From assembly GCA_049517295.1 (NCBI GenBank), contig JBEKSF010000007.1, forward strand, positions 7,153 through 71,152: a DNA stretch of 64,000 bases, read 5' to 3'. Each line of letters opens with the position of its first letter. The first letter of the stretch is position 1. A model generated the notes under the pieces. It had not been told where the DNA came from and ran no database searches. It worked only from the letters and a program-made list of their open reading frames with translations. Below are positions 7,601 to 16,067 of this stretch, one piece after another. A program made the translations under genes and the position numbers. This stretch comes from Verrucomicrobiota bacterium (GTDB taxonomy: Bacteria > Verrucomicrobiota > Verrucomicrobiia > Limisphaerales > Palsa-1400).

Positions 7601-10164
7601 GTGATGTTGAAGATTGTTCCCCAGCCGTTTGCGCCGCCGTCCTCGGTGGTCCCATATAAACTGCCGTCCGGGCCTTGCGCCGGCGCGGCGGCTGGGAAAT
7701 ACCCGCCAGTGCCGGCGTCGCTGAACAAATACAACGTGGTCACCGCGCCGGCCGGTGTCATTTGAAAAACCGTCCCCGACGAATCAATGCCGCCACTTTG
7801 CGTCGTGCCATAAAAGTTGCCGTTGGTTTCCTGCATCAACCCGTTGGGATTGCCGCCGTCCCCTGCCCCGGTGAATGAATAGAGCGTGGAAAAAGTCACT
7901 CCTGGAGCGGCGACAGACGCCACCGTCAGCACGGCCCCGGTGCTGGAGACCCAACCCGTGGAGTTGCTCACGATGACGGCATAAGTTCCGGCGGCGGCCG
8001 ATGAAACATTGTTGACTGTCAAAGTGCCGGTGGCGGACCCGGAGATGTTGCCGGCGTCTGATAAATTAGTGGCGTTCTGCTGCCATTGATAAAACAAGGG
8101 TGCGTTCCCGGCGGCGGTCACGGTGAATACAGCCGATGCGCCGGGCGGCGCCGTCTGGCTGGCGGGCTGGCTGAGGATCACGGGCACGGACGAGGTAACG
8201 GCGGCGTTGAGGATCACCTGCCGGCTTTGGGCCAGTCCGTCGTTCAGGTTGGTGAAGGAGACCGTCGCGTTGTATGCGCCTGGCGGCAGGTTGCTGGCGG
8301 CGGAGTTCAGGCCCAGCGTCACCACCGCCGCGGGGCCGTCTGGCTTCAGCGCGCCGGTGTCCGGGGCAACGTTCAGCCACGGAGCCGTGGTGGCGGCCGC
8401 CCATGTGAGGGAACTGGCTCCGATGTTAGTCAACACCATGTTTTGCGACGCGGGGCTGAACGGACCTCCCGTTCCGCCGCTCACCGTCACGGCCGTCAGC
8501 GGCATGATTTGCAGCGCGTCCGGCGGCCAGACCAGCGCGTTGAGCAAGTTGCTCCCGGCTGGCGTGCCCCAGCCGGTGCAAAGATCGTAGCCCGCCGCTG
8601 CAAAATAGTTGGTCGGGCTGGCGCTGTTGGTGTTATTGCCGGTGGTGACGTCATGAAAGGCCGTTATGTAAACCGCGCTCCGGCCTATGGCATAGAGGGT
8701 GGGGTTGAGGAAACCGAGGGCCGGCTTGCCTTCCGCGGCCGCCTGCTCGTTGGCCAGGGCGGCAAAACCGGCCCACAACGGCGTCGCCGCGCTGGTGCCG
8801 CCAATGCCTCCTTGCTCGCCATCAAAGGCAACAAGCCAAATGCTGACATCGGCCAGCGCCGCAACGTCAGGTATGTTGCGAAAGCTCCCCGATCCCTGGT
8901 TGGCCGCCGTGCTCAAGCCCTGCTGCCACGTTGGAAGTGGGAAGTTGGTGCTGCTGCCCCCGCCGCTGCCAGACCACGCTGTCTCCGCCAGCCACGGCCC
9001 CCCTGGACCGCCGGTCGTCAACAAGGTGCCGCCGACCACCGTGACGTTCGTGTCATCCGACGGCGGATAAACCCCGCCTGAGTAGGCCCCATCGTCGCCG
9101 GATGCTTGGAACATCGTCTGCCCTTGGGCGGCGAACTGTTCAAAAACCTGTTCGCGCGTCGCGTCGATTGCCGGACCAAAGCCCCACGAACAACTGAGCT
9201 GCCTGGCGCGGCCGTCCGTCGCCATCCGGTTCAAAATGTCGTCCGGCATTGAGCCTTCATACACGATCACTTCCGCAAGGCCCGGCGCCATGCAAATCGA
9301 CATGTCGATGTCCAGCGCCACTTCGACATTGTTCTTGCCGGGGACGCCGTTAAAGCCGTCCAGCAGAACATTGGTCAGAGTAACGTCCGGCAATTGGGCC
9401 AGGCTCTCATACTCGGCAATATCCGAGGCGTAATAGCCGTCCAACTCGAACAACCCCACCGCTTGTCCCGCCCCGGTAAGCACGACGCCCGGCGCGTAGG
9501 CCGCCCGAAAATCCTTCCCCAGAAAATACCCCAGCGGGCCGGAACCGGTCACATAATCCGGCGCGTTGGTGGTGCCAAATGCCATTTGGAGATTCATCGG
9601 ACGCGGCAAAATAAAGTTGTCAAGACCGATAACGGCCAGGATCGGAACGCCCAGATCAACCGACGGCTCGGCATCCGGCGCATAAAACGTTCGGGCTTCA
9701 GTGGGATGTTGATAGACTTCCATCTTCACGTGGAGCGCTCTCTCGATCGCCGCCACAGGCCCGCTCACATCGAGCAATGTCCGGTTGGCGTGGGTGCCGG
9801 TGACGCTCAGGCCATGCGACGCCGCGAACTGGATGACTTGCTGATAATCCTGCTCGCTTGGGCCAAATCGCTCCGCGAACTGGTCAGGTGTGAGGTAGTG
9901 GTGAAAGCGCGGACTGGCCGGGTCGTAGAGATCATGCAGCAAACTGGCCAGCGCCGCCCGGTTGCGCAACGGAAGCCCCACCGCAAAATCCAGATTGGCC
10001 GCCGACGCATAGCGCGCCAGCGGCTGCAACCGGGCGGCCGCCGCCGGCCTTTGTCCCTCAATCGTCTGCAACCGGCTTTGCGACGGCGCCTGACCCAAAG
10101 CGGCCGCCGACACTACACACCATGCCAGGAAAACCAGCGCAAACCTTGGCTCTTGAGCACTCAC
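4699..10164 (-). CDS. Giant secreted protein: pro-kumamolisin activation domain + sedolisin (S53) peptidase + BACON-like + Ig-like domains + two blocks of seven GloVer-type repeats + C-terminal beta-rich domain
   Basis: 1821 aa. Signal peptide is MSAQEPRFALVFLAWCVVSAAALGQA. The prodomain contains LRNRAALASLLHDLYDPASPRFHHYLTPDQFAERFG and the S53 serine motif is GGTSAATPLWAG. There are 14 repeats of the form DGNFYGTTxxGGxxxxGTVF, grouped 7+7. Several Ig units of the type YQWQ..N..L....ISGS....L.V.NV...D.G.Y.V.VSN are present. Confidence 0.85.
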   Translation of the reverse strand: MSAQEPRFALVFLAWCVVSAAALGQAPSQSRLQTIEGQRPAAAARLQPLARYASAANLDFAVGLPLRNRAALASLLHDLYDPASPRFHHYLTPDQFAERFGPSEQDYQQVIQFAASHGLSVTGTHANRTLLDVSGPVAAIERALHVKMEVYQHPTEARTFYAPDAEPSVDLGVPILAVIGLDNFILPRPMNLQMAFGTTNAPDYVTGSGPLGYFLGKDFRAAYAPGVVLTGAGQAVGLFELDGYYASDIAEYESLAQLPDVTLTNVLLDGFNGVPGKNNVEVALDIDMSICMAPGLAEVIVYEGSMPDDILNRMATDGRARQLSCSWGFGPAIDATREQVFEQFAAQGQTMFQASGDDGAYSGGVYPPSDDTNVTVVGGTLLTTGGPGGPWLAETAWSGSGGGSSTNFPLPTWQQGLSTAANQGSGSFRNIPDVAALADVSIWLVAFDGEQGGIGGTSAATPLWAGFAALANEQAAAEGKPALGFLNPTLYAIGRSAVYITAFHDVTTGNNTNSASPTNYFAAAGYDLCTGWGTPAGSNLLNALVWPPDALQIMPLTAVTVSGGTGGPFSPASQNMVLTNIGASSLTWAAATTAPWLNVAPDTGALKPDGPAAVVTLGLNSAASNLPPGAYNATVSFTNLNDGLAQSRQVILNAAVTSSVPVILSQPASQTAPPGASAVFTVTAAGNAPLFYQWQQNATNLSDAGNISGSATGTLTVNNVSSAAAGTYAVIVSNSTGWVSSTGAVLTVASVAAPGVTFSTLYSFTGAGDGGNPNGLMQETNGNFYGTTQSGGIDSSGTVFQMTPAGAVTTLYLFSDAGTGGYFPAAAPAQGPDGSLYGTTEDGGANGWGTIFNITTNGVLTTVATFMGGDGGAPARTMTLGTDGNFYGTTFDGGANGDGEVFRVTINGALNVVASFNDVNGLNPSKLVQGADGNLYGTTFDGGSNGDGSIFKATTNGALTSLLSFTYTNGGFLPLASLTEVPGGAFYGTTYEGGQFGYGTVFVMPPSGAVSNVYSFTGGNDGGHSAAELLLADDGNFYGTTVYGGAYDDGTVFRMAPGGAPVTLVSFDGYDGANPQAPLVQGTDGSFYGTTQNGGADGNGVIFRVNINSPSLQITGQPASQGAFIGADAVFSVATVGNPPLSYQWLRSGTNLTDAGNISGSTNRVLTVSNVSVSDAAFYSVVVSNASGAAPSDEAFLEVIVSPPQIITPPASQTASVAGTAVFSVGAIGDLPLFYQWQSNQIDLTNGGNVAGATASSLTLSGLTQRSDATYTVIVSNAIGAASAEAVLSVFPVSAASIQVASLYWFTGGNDGSTPNGLTLGANGLLYGTTQAGGADHDGTVFSITTYGVLSTLVSFNLTNGSDPEAALAPGSDGNFYGTTEDGGTNAGGTVFTMTPGGALTVLDVFTNPASVNPYTALTQGSNGNFYGATGNAYTVGNGNIFEMTPGGALNIIYSFTGGLDGNAPVGALVQGADGDFYGMTSGGGAYGHGGVFKMTPGGALTNFYSFTGGTDGYNPAGALVQGTDGNFYGVTKRNVIRGYTFYGTIFKVSTGGALTTLYALNPGVSGDGAYPFAGLIQAADGNFYGTTYLGGSANNGTVFRITAGGTLTTLVSFNGADDGAKPEAALVQDADGNFYGTTTAGGPYGKGSIFRMSVTSAPQITTQPANQTAMAGASVAFSVAVFGASPLGYQWQENGSNLAGGGNISGSAARILRVNNITVNDAGTYSVIVSNALGAVTSAGAVLTVETPPVIQLAALAGGELTLNWSTTPGQTYQAQSTTNLAAANWVNAGGAITATNSSLSASYAIGSASQQFYRIVLAP

Positions 10165-10207
10165 CAGAATGGGAGCATGGCCGATTTCAACTTATCGGAA
10201 AAGTGGA

Positions 10208-11068
10208 TCACGGTTTGTCGCGTTCGCCCAACGTGCGAATCCAGATGTTGCGAAAGCGAACCGGGTTGTTGTGGTCCTGCAATTCGACGAATACTTCGGG
10301 CGGATGGGGCGGCGGATACTTCGAGAGCGATTTCCAGGGTAAGAGGCTGTTGATGCCGTCGGTCATGCCGATCAGTTCGTAATGATTCTGCACCACCACG
10401 CCATTATGAAGGACGGTGATGATGGCTTTCTTGATCAGCTCGCCGCTCTCGTTCCAGCGCGGTGAGTCGAAAATGATGTCGTAGGTCTGCCATTGGCCCG
10501 GCGGCTTGCTCGCATTGACCAGCGGCGGCGATTGGCCGTAGATGGCGGCGCATTGTCCGTCGGGATAGGTCTTGGCTTGATAAGAGTCGAGCACCTGAAC
10601 TTCGTACATATTGTTGATGAGGATGCCGCTGTTGCCGCGGCCCTGGCTTGTGCCCACAGGCGGATTCGGTTCGGAGAACTCGACATGCAGTTGAAAATCC
10701 GACCACTTCCCGCGCGTGCGGATACCACCCCCGCGCTGGGTCTCCACGTAACCGTTCTCAACGTTCCACTTCGCCTCCTGTCCGCCTGCCGTTTGCCATT
10801 TCGACAAATCTTTCCCGTCAAAAAGCATTTCCGCGTCCGATGGCGCCGGAGCGTTTTGGCTGAACGTTGCCCCCGGCGTGATGACCGGCGGTTGCGGACG
10901 ATCCGGATCATGCACGTGCCATTTTCCGCCCGGCAGCATCGCCGTGTCCCGGAATCCGTCAATCGGTTCGCTCGGGCTGGTTGTGTTATCGTCGGCAAAG
11001 GCGTACGGGCCGGCCGCAAGCGCCGCCAGGCCGACGATGAGTTGGATGGTCAGTGATTTGTTTTTCAT
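10208..11068 (-). CDS. Secreted DUF1080 / 3-keto-disaccharide hydrolase-like domain protein
   Basis: 286 aa with a signal peptide. Motifs WNVENGYVET, GKWSDFQLHVEF, GNSGILINNMYEVQVLDSY, GQWQTYDIIF and VLHNGVVVQNH are typical of the family. Confidence 0.75.
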   Translation of the reverse strand: MKNKSLTIQLIVGLAALAAGPYAFADDNTTSPSEPIDGFRDTAMLPGGKWHVHDPDRPQPPVITPGATFSQNAPAPSDAEMLFDGKDLSKWQTAGGQEAKWNVENGYVETQRGGGIRTRGKWSDFQLHVEFSEPNPPVGTSQGRGNSGILINNMYEVQVLDSYQAKTYPDGQCAAIYGQSPPLVNASKPPGQWQTYDIIFDSPRWNESGELIKKAIITVLHNGVVVQNHYELIGMTDGINSLLPWKSLSKYPPPHPPEVFVELQDHNNPVRFRNIWIRTLGERDKP

Positions 11069-11293
11069 AGGTCAATGAGTAGTAGTTAATTGATTGGTTT
11101 GCGCTCCCACTTTGGCCAAGCCCAGCGCACACGCGATAGCGCAAATCAAATTGAATCTCTTGAGGGCGGCCTTGTTCGTCGAATCATGGCTGTCTTTGAG
11201 TGACGCGGATTGGGCGCTCTCCATGCCCGGATTCAACCAAAAGTGGGCGGATAGCACAAGCTTTGAAGAAAAGCGCCCCTCCTGCCGCCTGCC

Positions 11294-13810
11294 CTATGAG
11301 TGGCCCTTGATCTCCAGAAGCAGCCGCTGGGCGTCGCGATAACGGGGGGCTTCCTCCAAGGCCTGGAGAACCTGCCGCTTGGCCTCGCTTTCCGAATCGC
11401 CCCGCGCGTGCAGCAATCGGGCCAGTTGAAAATGCGCCTCCGCCGGATCGGGCGGTTCCAGCAACAGCAATTTGCGGTAAGCATCGATGGCCTGGTCGTT
11501 CTTTCCGGCGGCTGCTCCCGCCTCGGCCAACGCGGCGTAAGGAGTGGGGATGAGCGGATTGATGGCCAGCAACTTCTCCGCGTATGTTGTCTCGGCCTGC
11601 CAATCCTTTCGCCCCCGGCTCATCTCGATGAGCCGCGCATACAGGTCCGCAAAGTCGGATTCCTGCGCCGCCAATTTCTGGAGCGCCGCCCATTCGCCGT
11701 CGCTGTTGGTCAAATTCCGCTCCGTCTCCGCCAGCAGCCAGAGCGGATTGTCGCCGCGGCGTTCGCCGTGGTAAGTCTGCGCGATGGTTTGGAGCAGCGC
11801 GTTGGCTTGCGCCCACTGCCGCCCGTCCATCTTTTGGCGCGCCTGCTCCATTTGCCGGTAATAATTATGCGGATGAGACTTCTCCCAGGCCGCGTCGGCG
11901 TCCGCGGGCGGTTTGTCGAGGTCCGCCCCCGGGGCCAGGCCGGCGGCTTTGGCCTTGGCGAAGGCGGCGAATTGCTTCTCCAATTCCGGCATCGGCGCGG
12001 TGCGGGCGGAGATCGCCTTGTTGACGTCTTGCCCGTCACGCAAATCCCGCAGGATGGATCTGAGGGTGTCCAGCCCGTGCCGCTGGACCAGGAATTCCAC
12101 CACGAGCGAGGACTCATAATAGGCGAAAAGAAGCGAGCGCGAGTTCTTCGGAGTAAGAAACGCGCCGCTCAATTGGCCCAACGGCGTCAGATCCCCATTG
12201 AGAATGAAATCGCGGTAAGCCAGGTTCATTGATTCGCCCCACGTCGGATCGGCCTGCCGCTCTTCATAAACGGAAATCCCCTCGCTCAGCCAGCGGGGCA
12301 TCCGATTGCGGGTCGCATTGAGAGTGACGACATGACAAAACTCGTGCCAGAGGACATCCTGCCAATTGGCCGGATTAGGCGCTTGGGAGGCCGGGCTGTT
12401 GGCGGTGATGACAGACCCAAAACAAACCCCCAGATAGCCGGGATTGCCCGGCAGCCCGAACGTCCGCACCGCGAAATCCTTCGGGTCGGGAAAAATGTCC
12501 ACCGTGGTCCGCTGTGGCAGATCGACGCCGTACTTGCTGCACAACGCCGCCTTGGCGCGGCCCAGCAAATCCAGCACCCGGTCGCCATACAATTGCGCTT
12601 CGCGCGGCGCCATCTCCACAATGAAATCCGCGTTGGAAAGGGTCTCAAACTTCGCCATCTCTTCGTGGAGGGTGACCAGATTGTAACTGGTCACGTCGTA
12701 ATCATCCTGGGTGTGGACTTGCCGGGCCAGCCGCCACCCCTCCTCCTCCTGTCCCAGCCGCAACAAGTCCTCCGCCAATTCGCGGCGGGCCGGCAGATAG
12801 GTGGGGTCAAAGTCCAGCGCCCGCTTTTGCGCCGCCGCCCCTTCCGCAAACCGGTACTTCTGCGCCAGTTTAAGGCCGATGAGATAATCGACCTGCGGGT
12901 TGTCGGGCCAGCTCTTCAACGCTTCCGCCCGCCATTGTTGCTCGGCCTGCGGGTCGTTGCGCAAGTGCGCCAGCACGGCCCGATAGGCCAGCGCCTCCGG
13001 ACGGGACGGATTGACTTTGAGCGCCAGCGCAAGCTGCTCTTCGGCCGCGTCATATTCCTCCCCGTTAATCAAATAATCCGCCAGCAGCAGCAAACTGGGG
13101 ATGTGACGCGGATTCAGAGCCAGCGCGGCCCGGATGGCCTTCAGCATCTCGTCGCTGTCGCTGGGCGCGAATGCCTGGGCCAACCCCCCTTCCATATCCG
13201 CATCGTTAAGCTTCTTCAGTCCCGCGCGAAACGTCTCCGCTGCCAGTGTGAAATCATGTTTATCCAGCGCCAACTGGCCCGCCGCCAGAAAAGCCTCCCG
13301 CTGGGGCGGGTCCATCGTCTCGGCGCGGCGGAAGCAATTCTCCAGCACCAGGCGCGGCTCCAGTCCCAGCAGCAGCAGCGCCTGCCCCAGCGCCGCGGCG
13401 TCCTCGCTCGGAAACGCCCCTTGGCGCCGCTCGATCAGCAGCTTCATCTCCAGCAACTGGCGGCGCGCCCCTGCCGAATCTCCCTGAAACAGCGCCGCTT
13501 GCCGCGCCAGCAAGTGCATCTCCAGGCCGCCGGAATAATCGTTCAGCCCGGCCAGCGCGTTGCTGTAAGCCTCTCCGTAGCGCCCCACCGTCAACAACGA
13601 TTTTATCAGGAGGCTGCGCCAGTCCCCGCGGTAATCGCCGCCATCGACCTTCTTTCCGGCCGTTTTGATGACGCTCTCGTAATGGCCTCGCAATAAATCC
13701 TGCCCTGTTTCCTCCAGGCTCTGCGCGGACGCGCCGCCCGGCACCGTCAGCCAAAGGGCGGCGGCCAAAAACAACACGAAACCCAACGAGGTTGTTGTGT
13801 GGTGTGGCAT
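11294..13810 (-). CDS. Secreted TPR-repeat protein with embedded HExxH (peptidase MA-like) domain
   Basis: 838 aa with a signal peptide. The zinc-protease motif is WHEFCHVV followed by WLSEGISVYEE. TPR-like helical repeats occur on both sides. Confidence 0.65.
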   Translation of the reverse strand: MPHHTTTSLGFVLFLAAALWLTVPGGASAQSLEETGQDLLRGHYESVIKTAGKKVDGGDYRGDWRSLLIKSLLTVGRYGEAYSNALAGLNDYSGGLEMHLLARQAALFQGDSAGARRQLLEMKLLIERRQGAFPSEDAAALGQALLLLGLEPRLVLENCFRRAETMDPPQREAFLAAGQLALDKHDFTLAAETFRAGLKKLNDADMEGGLAQAFAPSDSDEMLKAIRAALALNPRHIPSLLLLADYLINGEEYDAAEEQLALALKVNPSRPEALAYRAVLAHLRNDPQAEQQWRAEALKSWPDNPQVDYLIGLKLAQKYRFAEGAAAQKRALDFDPTYLPARRELAEDLLRLGQEEEGWRLARQVHTQDDYDVTSYNLVTLHEEMAKFETLSNADFIVEMAPREAQLYGDRVLDLLGRAKAALCSKYGVDLPQRTTVDIFPDPKDFAVRTFGLPGNPGYLGVCFGSVITANSPASQAPNPANWQDVLWHEFCHVVTLNATRNRMPRWLSEGISVYEERQADPTWGESMNLAYRDFILNGDLTPLGQLSGAFLTPKNSRSLLFAYYESSLVVEFLVQRHGLDTLRSILRDLRDGQDVNKAISARTAPMPELEKQFAAFAKAKAAGLAPGADLDKPPADADAAWEKSHPHNYYRQMEQARQKMDGRQWAQANALLQTIAQTYHGERRGDNPLWLLAETERNLTNSDGEWAALQKLAAQESDFADLYARLIEMSRGRKDWQAETTYAEKLLAINPLIPTPYAALAEAGAAAGKNDQAIDAYRKLLLLEPPDPAEAHFQLARLLHARGDSESEAKRQVLQALEEAPRYRDAQRLLLEIKGHS

Positions 13811-13900
13811 ACCGGGTTAATTAATACTGCCGCCGGCCGCCCGGCGCAATGCGGAATTGCGTAATAAACTTTCTTGCCAAACGGGCCGGCAATCGCTTAT

Positions 13901-14323
13901 ATGCAAACACCGACAGTTCTTATGAAAATGCCCAAACACGCCAGTCGTGCCTCTGCCCTGCCCGGATCGGTATTTGTCGTCGATGACAACGCGACCTTGG
14001 GCGAGTTGACCGCGGCCGTGCTGGAAGCCGCCGGATACCAAGTCCGGCACTTTTCGGACCCCAAAGCCGTGTTGCAGGCCCTCGGGGAAGCCGGTCCAAA
14101 GCCCGCGTTGCTGGTGACCGATTACGACATGGGAGAGATGAACGGGCTGGACTTGATCCAGTCCTCGCGCAAGCTGCACCCCTCCCTCAAAACGCTCCTT
14201 ATGAGCGGGACGGTCGATGGCTCGATTGCTTTGATGGGCCCGGCCAAAGTCAACCGGTTTTTGGGCAAGCCCTACGATCCGGCGCAATTGAGGAAAACGG
14301 TCGCCGAACTCCTGCGCGCTTGA
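13901..14323 (+). CDS. Single-domain response regulator (receiver only)
   Basis: REC motifs are VFVVDDN, LLVTDYDMGEMNG, LLMSG and FLGKPY. The ORF track starts at TTG 13874; ATG 13901 or 13922 are more likely starts. Confidence 0.8.
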   Translation: MQTPTVLMKMPKHASRASALPGSVFVVDDNATLGELTAAVLEAAGYQVRHFSDPKAVLQALGEAGPKPALLVTDYDMGEMNGLDLIQSSRKLHPSLKTLLMSGTVDGSIALMGPAKVNRFLGKPYDPAQLRKTVAELLRA

Positions 14324-14372
14324 GAAGCGAACTTGACCTGGCTGGCGGGAAAAACTATCTTACCCGGCGGCT

Positions 14373-14449
14373 GGTGGCTATAGCTCAATTGGTAGAGTCC
14401 AAGCTTGTGGAGCTTGTTGTTGCGGGTTCGAATCCCGTTGGCCACCCCA
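14373..14449 (+). tRNA. tRNA-His (anticodon GTG) with encoded G-1 and 3' CCA
   Basis: Cloverleaf folded by hand. The acceptor stem is GTGGCTA/TTGGCCAC with an extra 5' G pairing C73. The D-arm is AGCTCAATTGGTAGAGT and the anticodon stem-loop is CAAGC-TTGTGGA-GCTTG. The T-arm is GCGGGTTCGAATCCCGT, followed by CCA. Confidence 0.9.
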
Positions 14450-14462
14450 CTTCTTTTGCAAC

Positions 14463-14620
14463 GCCATTGTGTGGTGCATCACGATTTCTGGCACGAAACA
14501 ATGTTTTTCGCTGTGTTGTGGCCAAAACCGTCTCTTCACATTTTGGCACAAAAGTGGCAATTTTTCATATTCGTGCCAAAGCTATTTGCCTCAATGCTGG
14601 CACAAATACGCCAATGCTTC
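14463..14620 (+). repeat. Direct repeat DR-A (left boundary of tRNA-His-adjacent islet)
   Basis: About 80% identical (94/117 in the manually aligned core) to 18848-19016, in the same orientation. It contains the same series of TGGCAC(A/G)AAA / TTT(T/C)GTGCCA half-sites. It even retains the rc ATGGCG equivalent of the ATPase start codon found in DR-B. Confidence 0.7.
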
Positions 14621-14731
14621 CCTTCCGAGCGGCGCCGGACTCTTAGAATGGGCGCGACGGCCAGGATTGTTTCGGTGGTGCCCGGTTTACGAAGTTGACA
14701 AAGTGGAGCCGAGAGGGCACACTGCTGATGC

Positions 14732-15322
14732 ATGGCAAACACTGCTACAGTCGATGCTCCCATTCAAGAACGCAAGGACGCCGAAGATCGGATTGTGAAG
14801 AATATACGTTCCGCTTTGCGGCGGAGCGCGGTGGAGTCGGATCCCGTGATCGCGGCTCCATCGAATATGATCAAATTGGCCGAAATTGCTCTTTGTCGGG
14901 AATACCCCGTCGCCAAGGCTGATAATCGTCTGGTCAATGCCATGGCCCGCGGAATCACCGCGCGCCGAAAGCTCATGGAAGCAGAAGGGGGGAGCCTGTC
15001 GGCACAGGAAGCTGCTCAAGAGCTTGGCATTTCCAAGGCCGCTATTTTGAAACGGTATCACAAGGGACAGATTATTGCCTGGCGCGAGGAACGGCAGAAT
15101 GCGGCGCGCTTTCCCGTGTGGCAATTCAAAGATCACAAGGTGCTCGAAGGCTTGGAGGAGGTTCTCAAAATCCTCAAGGCAGGCAGCCGGTTGGATGATT
15201 TCGGCCGCATGCTCTTCTTCCTTTCCAACAGGGGCTTCCTTGGGAAAAAAAGACCCGTGGACTGCTTGCGGGCGGGAGAGGTGAACAAGGTTTTGCAGGC
15301 GGCCAGGGGCTATGGCGGGTAA
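14732..15322 (+). CDS. Xre/MbcA/ParS-type antitoxin (HTH + DUF2384-like toxin-binding C-terminal domain)
   Basis: 196 aa. The HTH-like segment is LSAQEAAQELGISKAAILKRY. The C-terminus LFFLSNRGFLGKKRPVDCLRAGEVNKVLQAA resembles the DUF2384 domain. It overlaps the downstream RES gene by 11 nt. Confidence 0.7.
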   Translation: MANTATVDAPIQERKDAEDRIVKNIRSALRRSAVESDPVIAAPSNMIKLAEIALCREYPVAKADNRLVNAMARGITARRKLMEAEGGSLSAQEAAQELGISKAAILKRYHKGQIIAWREERQNAARFPVWQFKDHKVLEGLEEVLKILKAGSRLDDFGRMLFFLSNRGFLGKKRPVDCLRAGEVNKVLQAARGYGG

Positions 15323-15920
15323 TCCAGCCATTCGTCCCATTAGATTGCCCCCGCCGGACTTGGGAACGCAAAAACTTCCCTGCACACGGCAGATCGCTCG
15401 AACTTGGTTTAGGGTGCATCCTCGCGTTCGTAGTGCGATTCTCTTCAACCTCAATTTGACGCATCGTTACTCGCATCCAAAGTGCCCCTCCCCGATTCTG
15501 TATGTGGCAATTGATCCGGAAACCTCTCTCTGGGAAGTTTTCGGTGATGCACTTTTCGATAACGGGCACGCCCTGCCTCAAACTCAGTGGGATGACCTGT
15601 TGATCTCGACGATCGATGTGCCCAATCTCCACCTTTGCGATCTGTCCAAAACGACCACGCGCGGCGCCTTGACCGTTGATCTTGCCGCTCTGATGAACGA
15701 GGATCTTAGTGTCCCCCAACAATGGGGCCTGGCGATTCAGTTGCATCCCTCGCAAGTGCCGGCTATCAAATTCAAGAGCAGGTTTACCGGCAATGCATGC
15801 CTCGCAATCTTCGACCGCGGAGGAATTCGCCCGCAACTCCGGCAAACTTTCGTGAGTCCATTAAGCCAGTTCGACCCGGCGTTGACCTGGCTTACCAGGC
15901 ACCAAGTGGCGTTGGTGTGA
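15312..15920 (+). CDS. RES-domain toxin (MbcT/ParT-like, predicted NAD+-targeting)
   Basis: 202 aa. The R/E/S signature contexts are HRYSHP, ILYVAIDPETSLWEVFG and IKFKSRFTGNACLAIFD. It is positioned immediately after the Xre-like gene, as in known RES-Xre pairs. Confidence 0.75.
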   Translation: MAGNPAIRPIRLPPPDLGTQKLPCTRQIARTWFRVHPRVRSAILFNLNLTHRYSHPKCPSPILYVAIDPETSLWEVFGDALFDNGHALPQTQWDDLLISTIDVPNLHLCDLSKTTTRGALTVDLAALMNEDLSVPQQWGLAIQLHPSQVPAIKFKSRFTGNACLAIFDRGGIRPQLRQTFVSPLSQFDPALTWLTRHQVALV

Positions 15921-15956
15921 CCGGTCCCGCCATTCCGACAACGATCTTTGGGTGGC

Positions 15957-15997
15957 GCGACCGTCCCGGTCGCCGTGGCTGGCGTCTCGCCGGCCAC
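15957..15997 (+). repeat. 41-nt double-hairpin REP-like element, copy 1
   Basis: Structure is GCGACCG-tcc-CGGTCGC followed by GTGGCTGGCG-tct-CGCCGGCCAC. With flanks it is 47/50 identical to 31535-31584. It lies between the convergent RES and serpin genes. Confidence 0.75.
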
Positions 15998-16067
15998 ATC
16001 TCGGCCCCATGTATTTGCATTCCCACGGTGGTCGTTTCGAGATGCGCCTATTCGCCCATTCGGTTCC

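Noticed and set aside
11072-11257. 61-aa ORF between the DUF1080 and TPR-protease genes.
   Set aside because: It has no RBS or family motif and sits in a short promoter-bearing spacer. Its composition is unlike the neighbouring genes.
14544-14559. Sigma-54-like promoter TGGCAC-N5-TGGCA upstream of the Xre-RES pair; other TGGCAC sites occur in both boundary repeats.
   Set aside because: Only this one site has GG-N10-GC spacing, and its -12 element is TGGCA rather than TTGCA. The equivalent site in DR-B is off by one. No enhancer-binding protein is nearby. The TGGCAC units are better explained as half-sites of inverted repeats.
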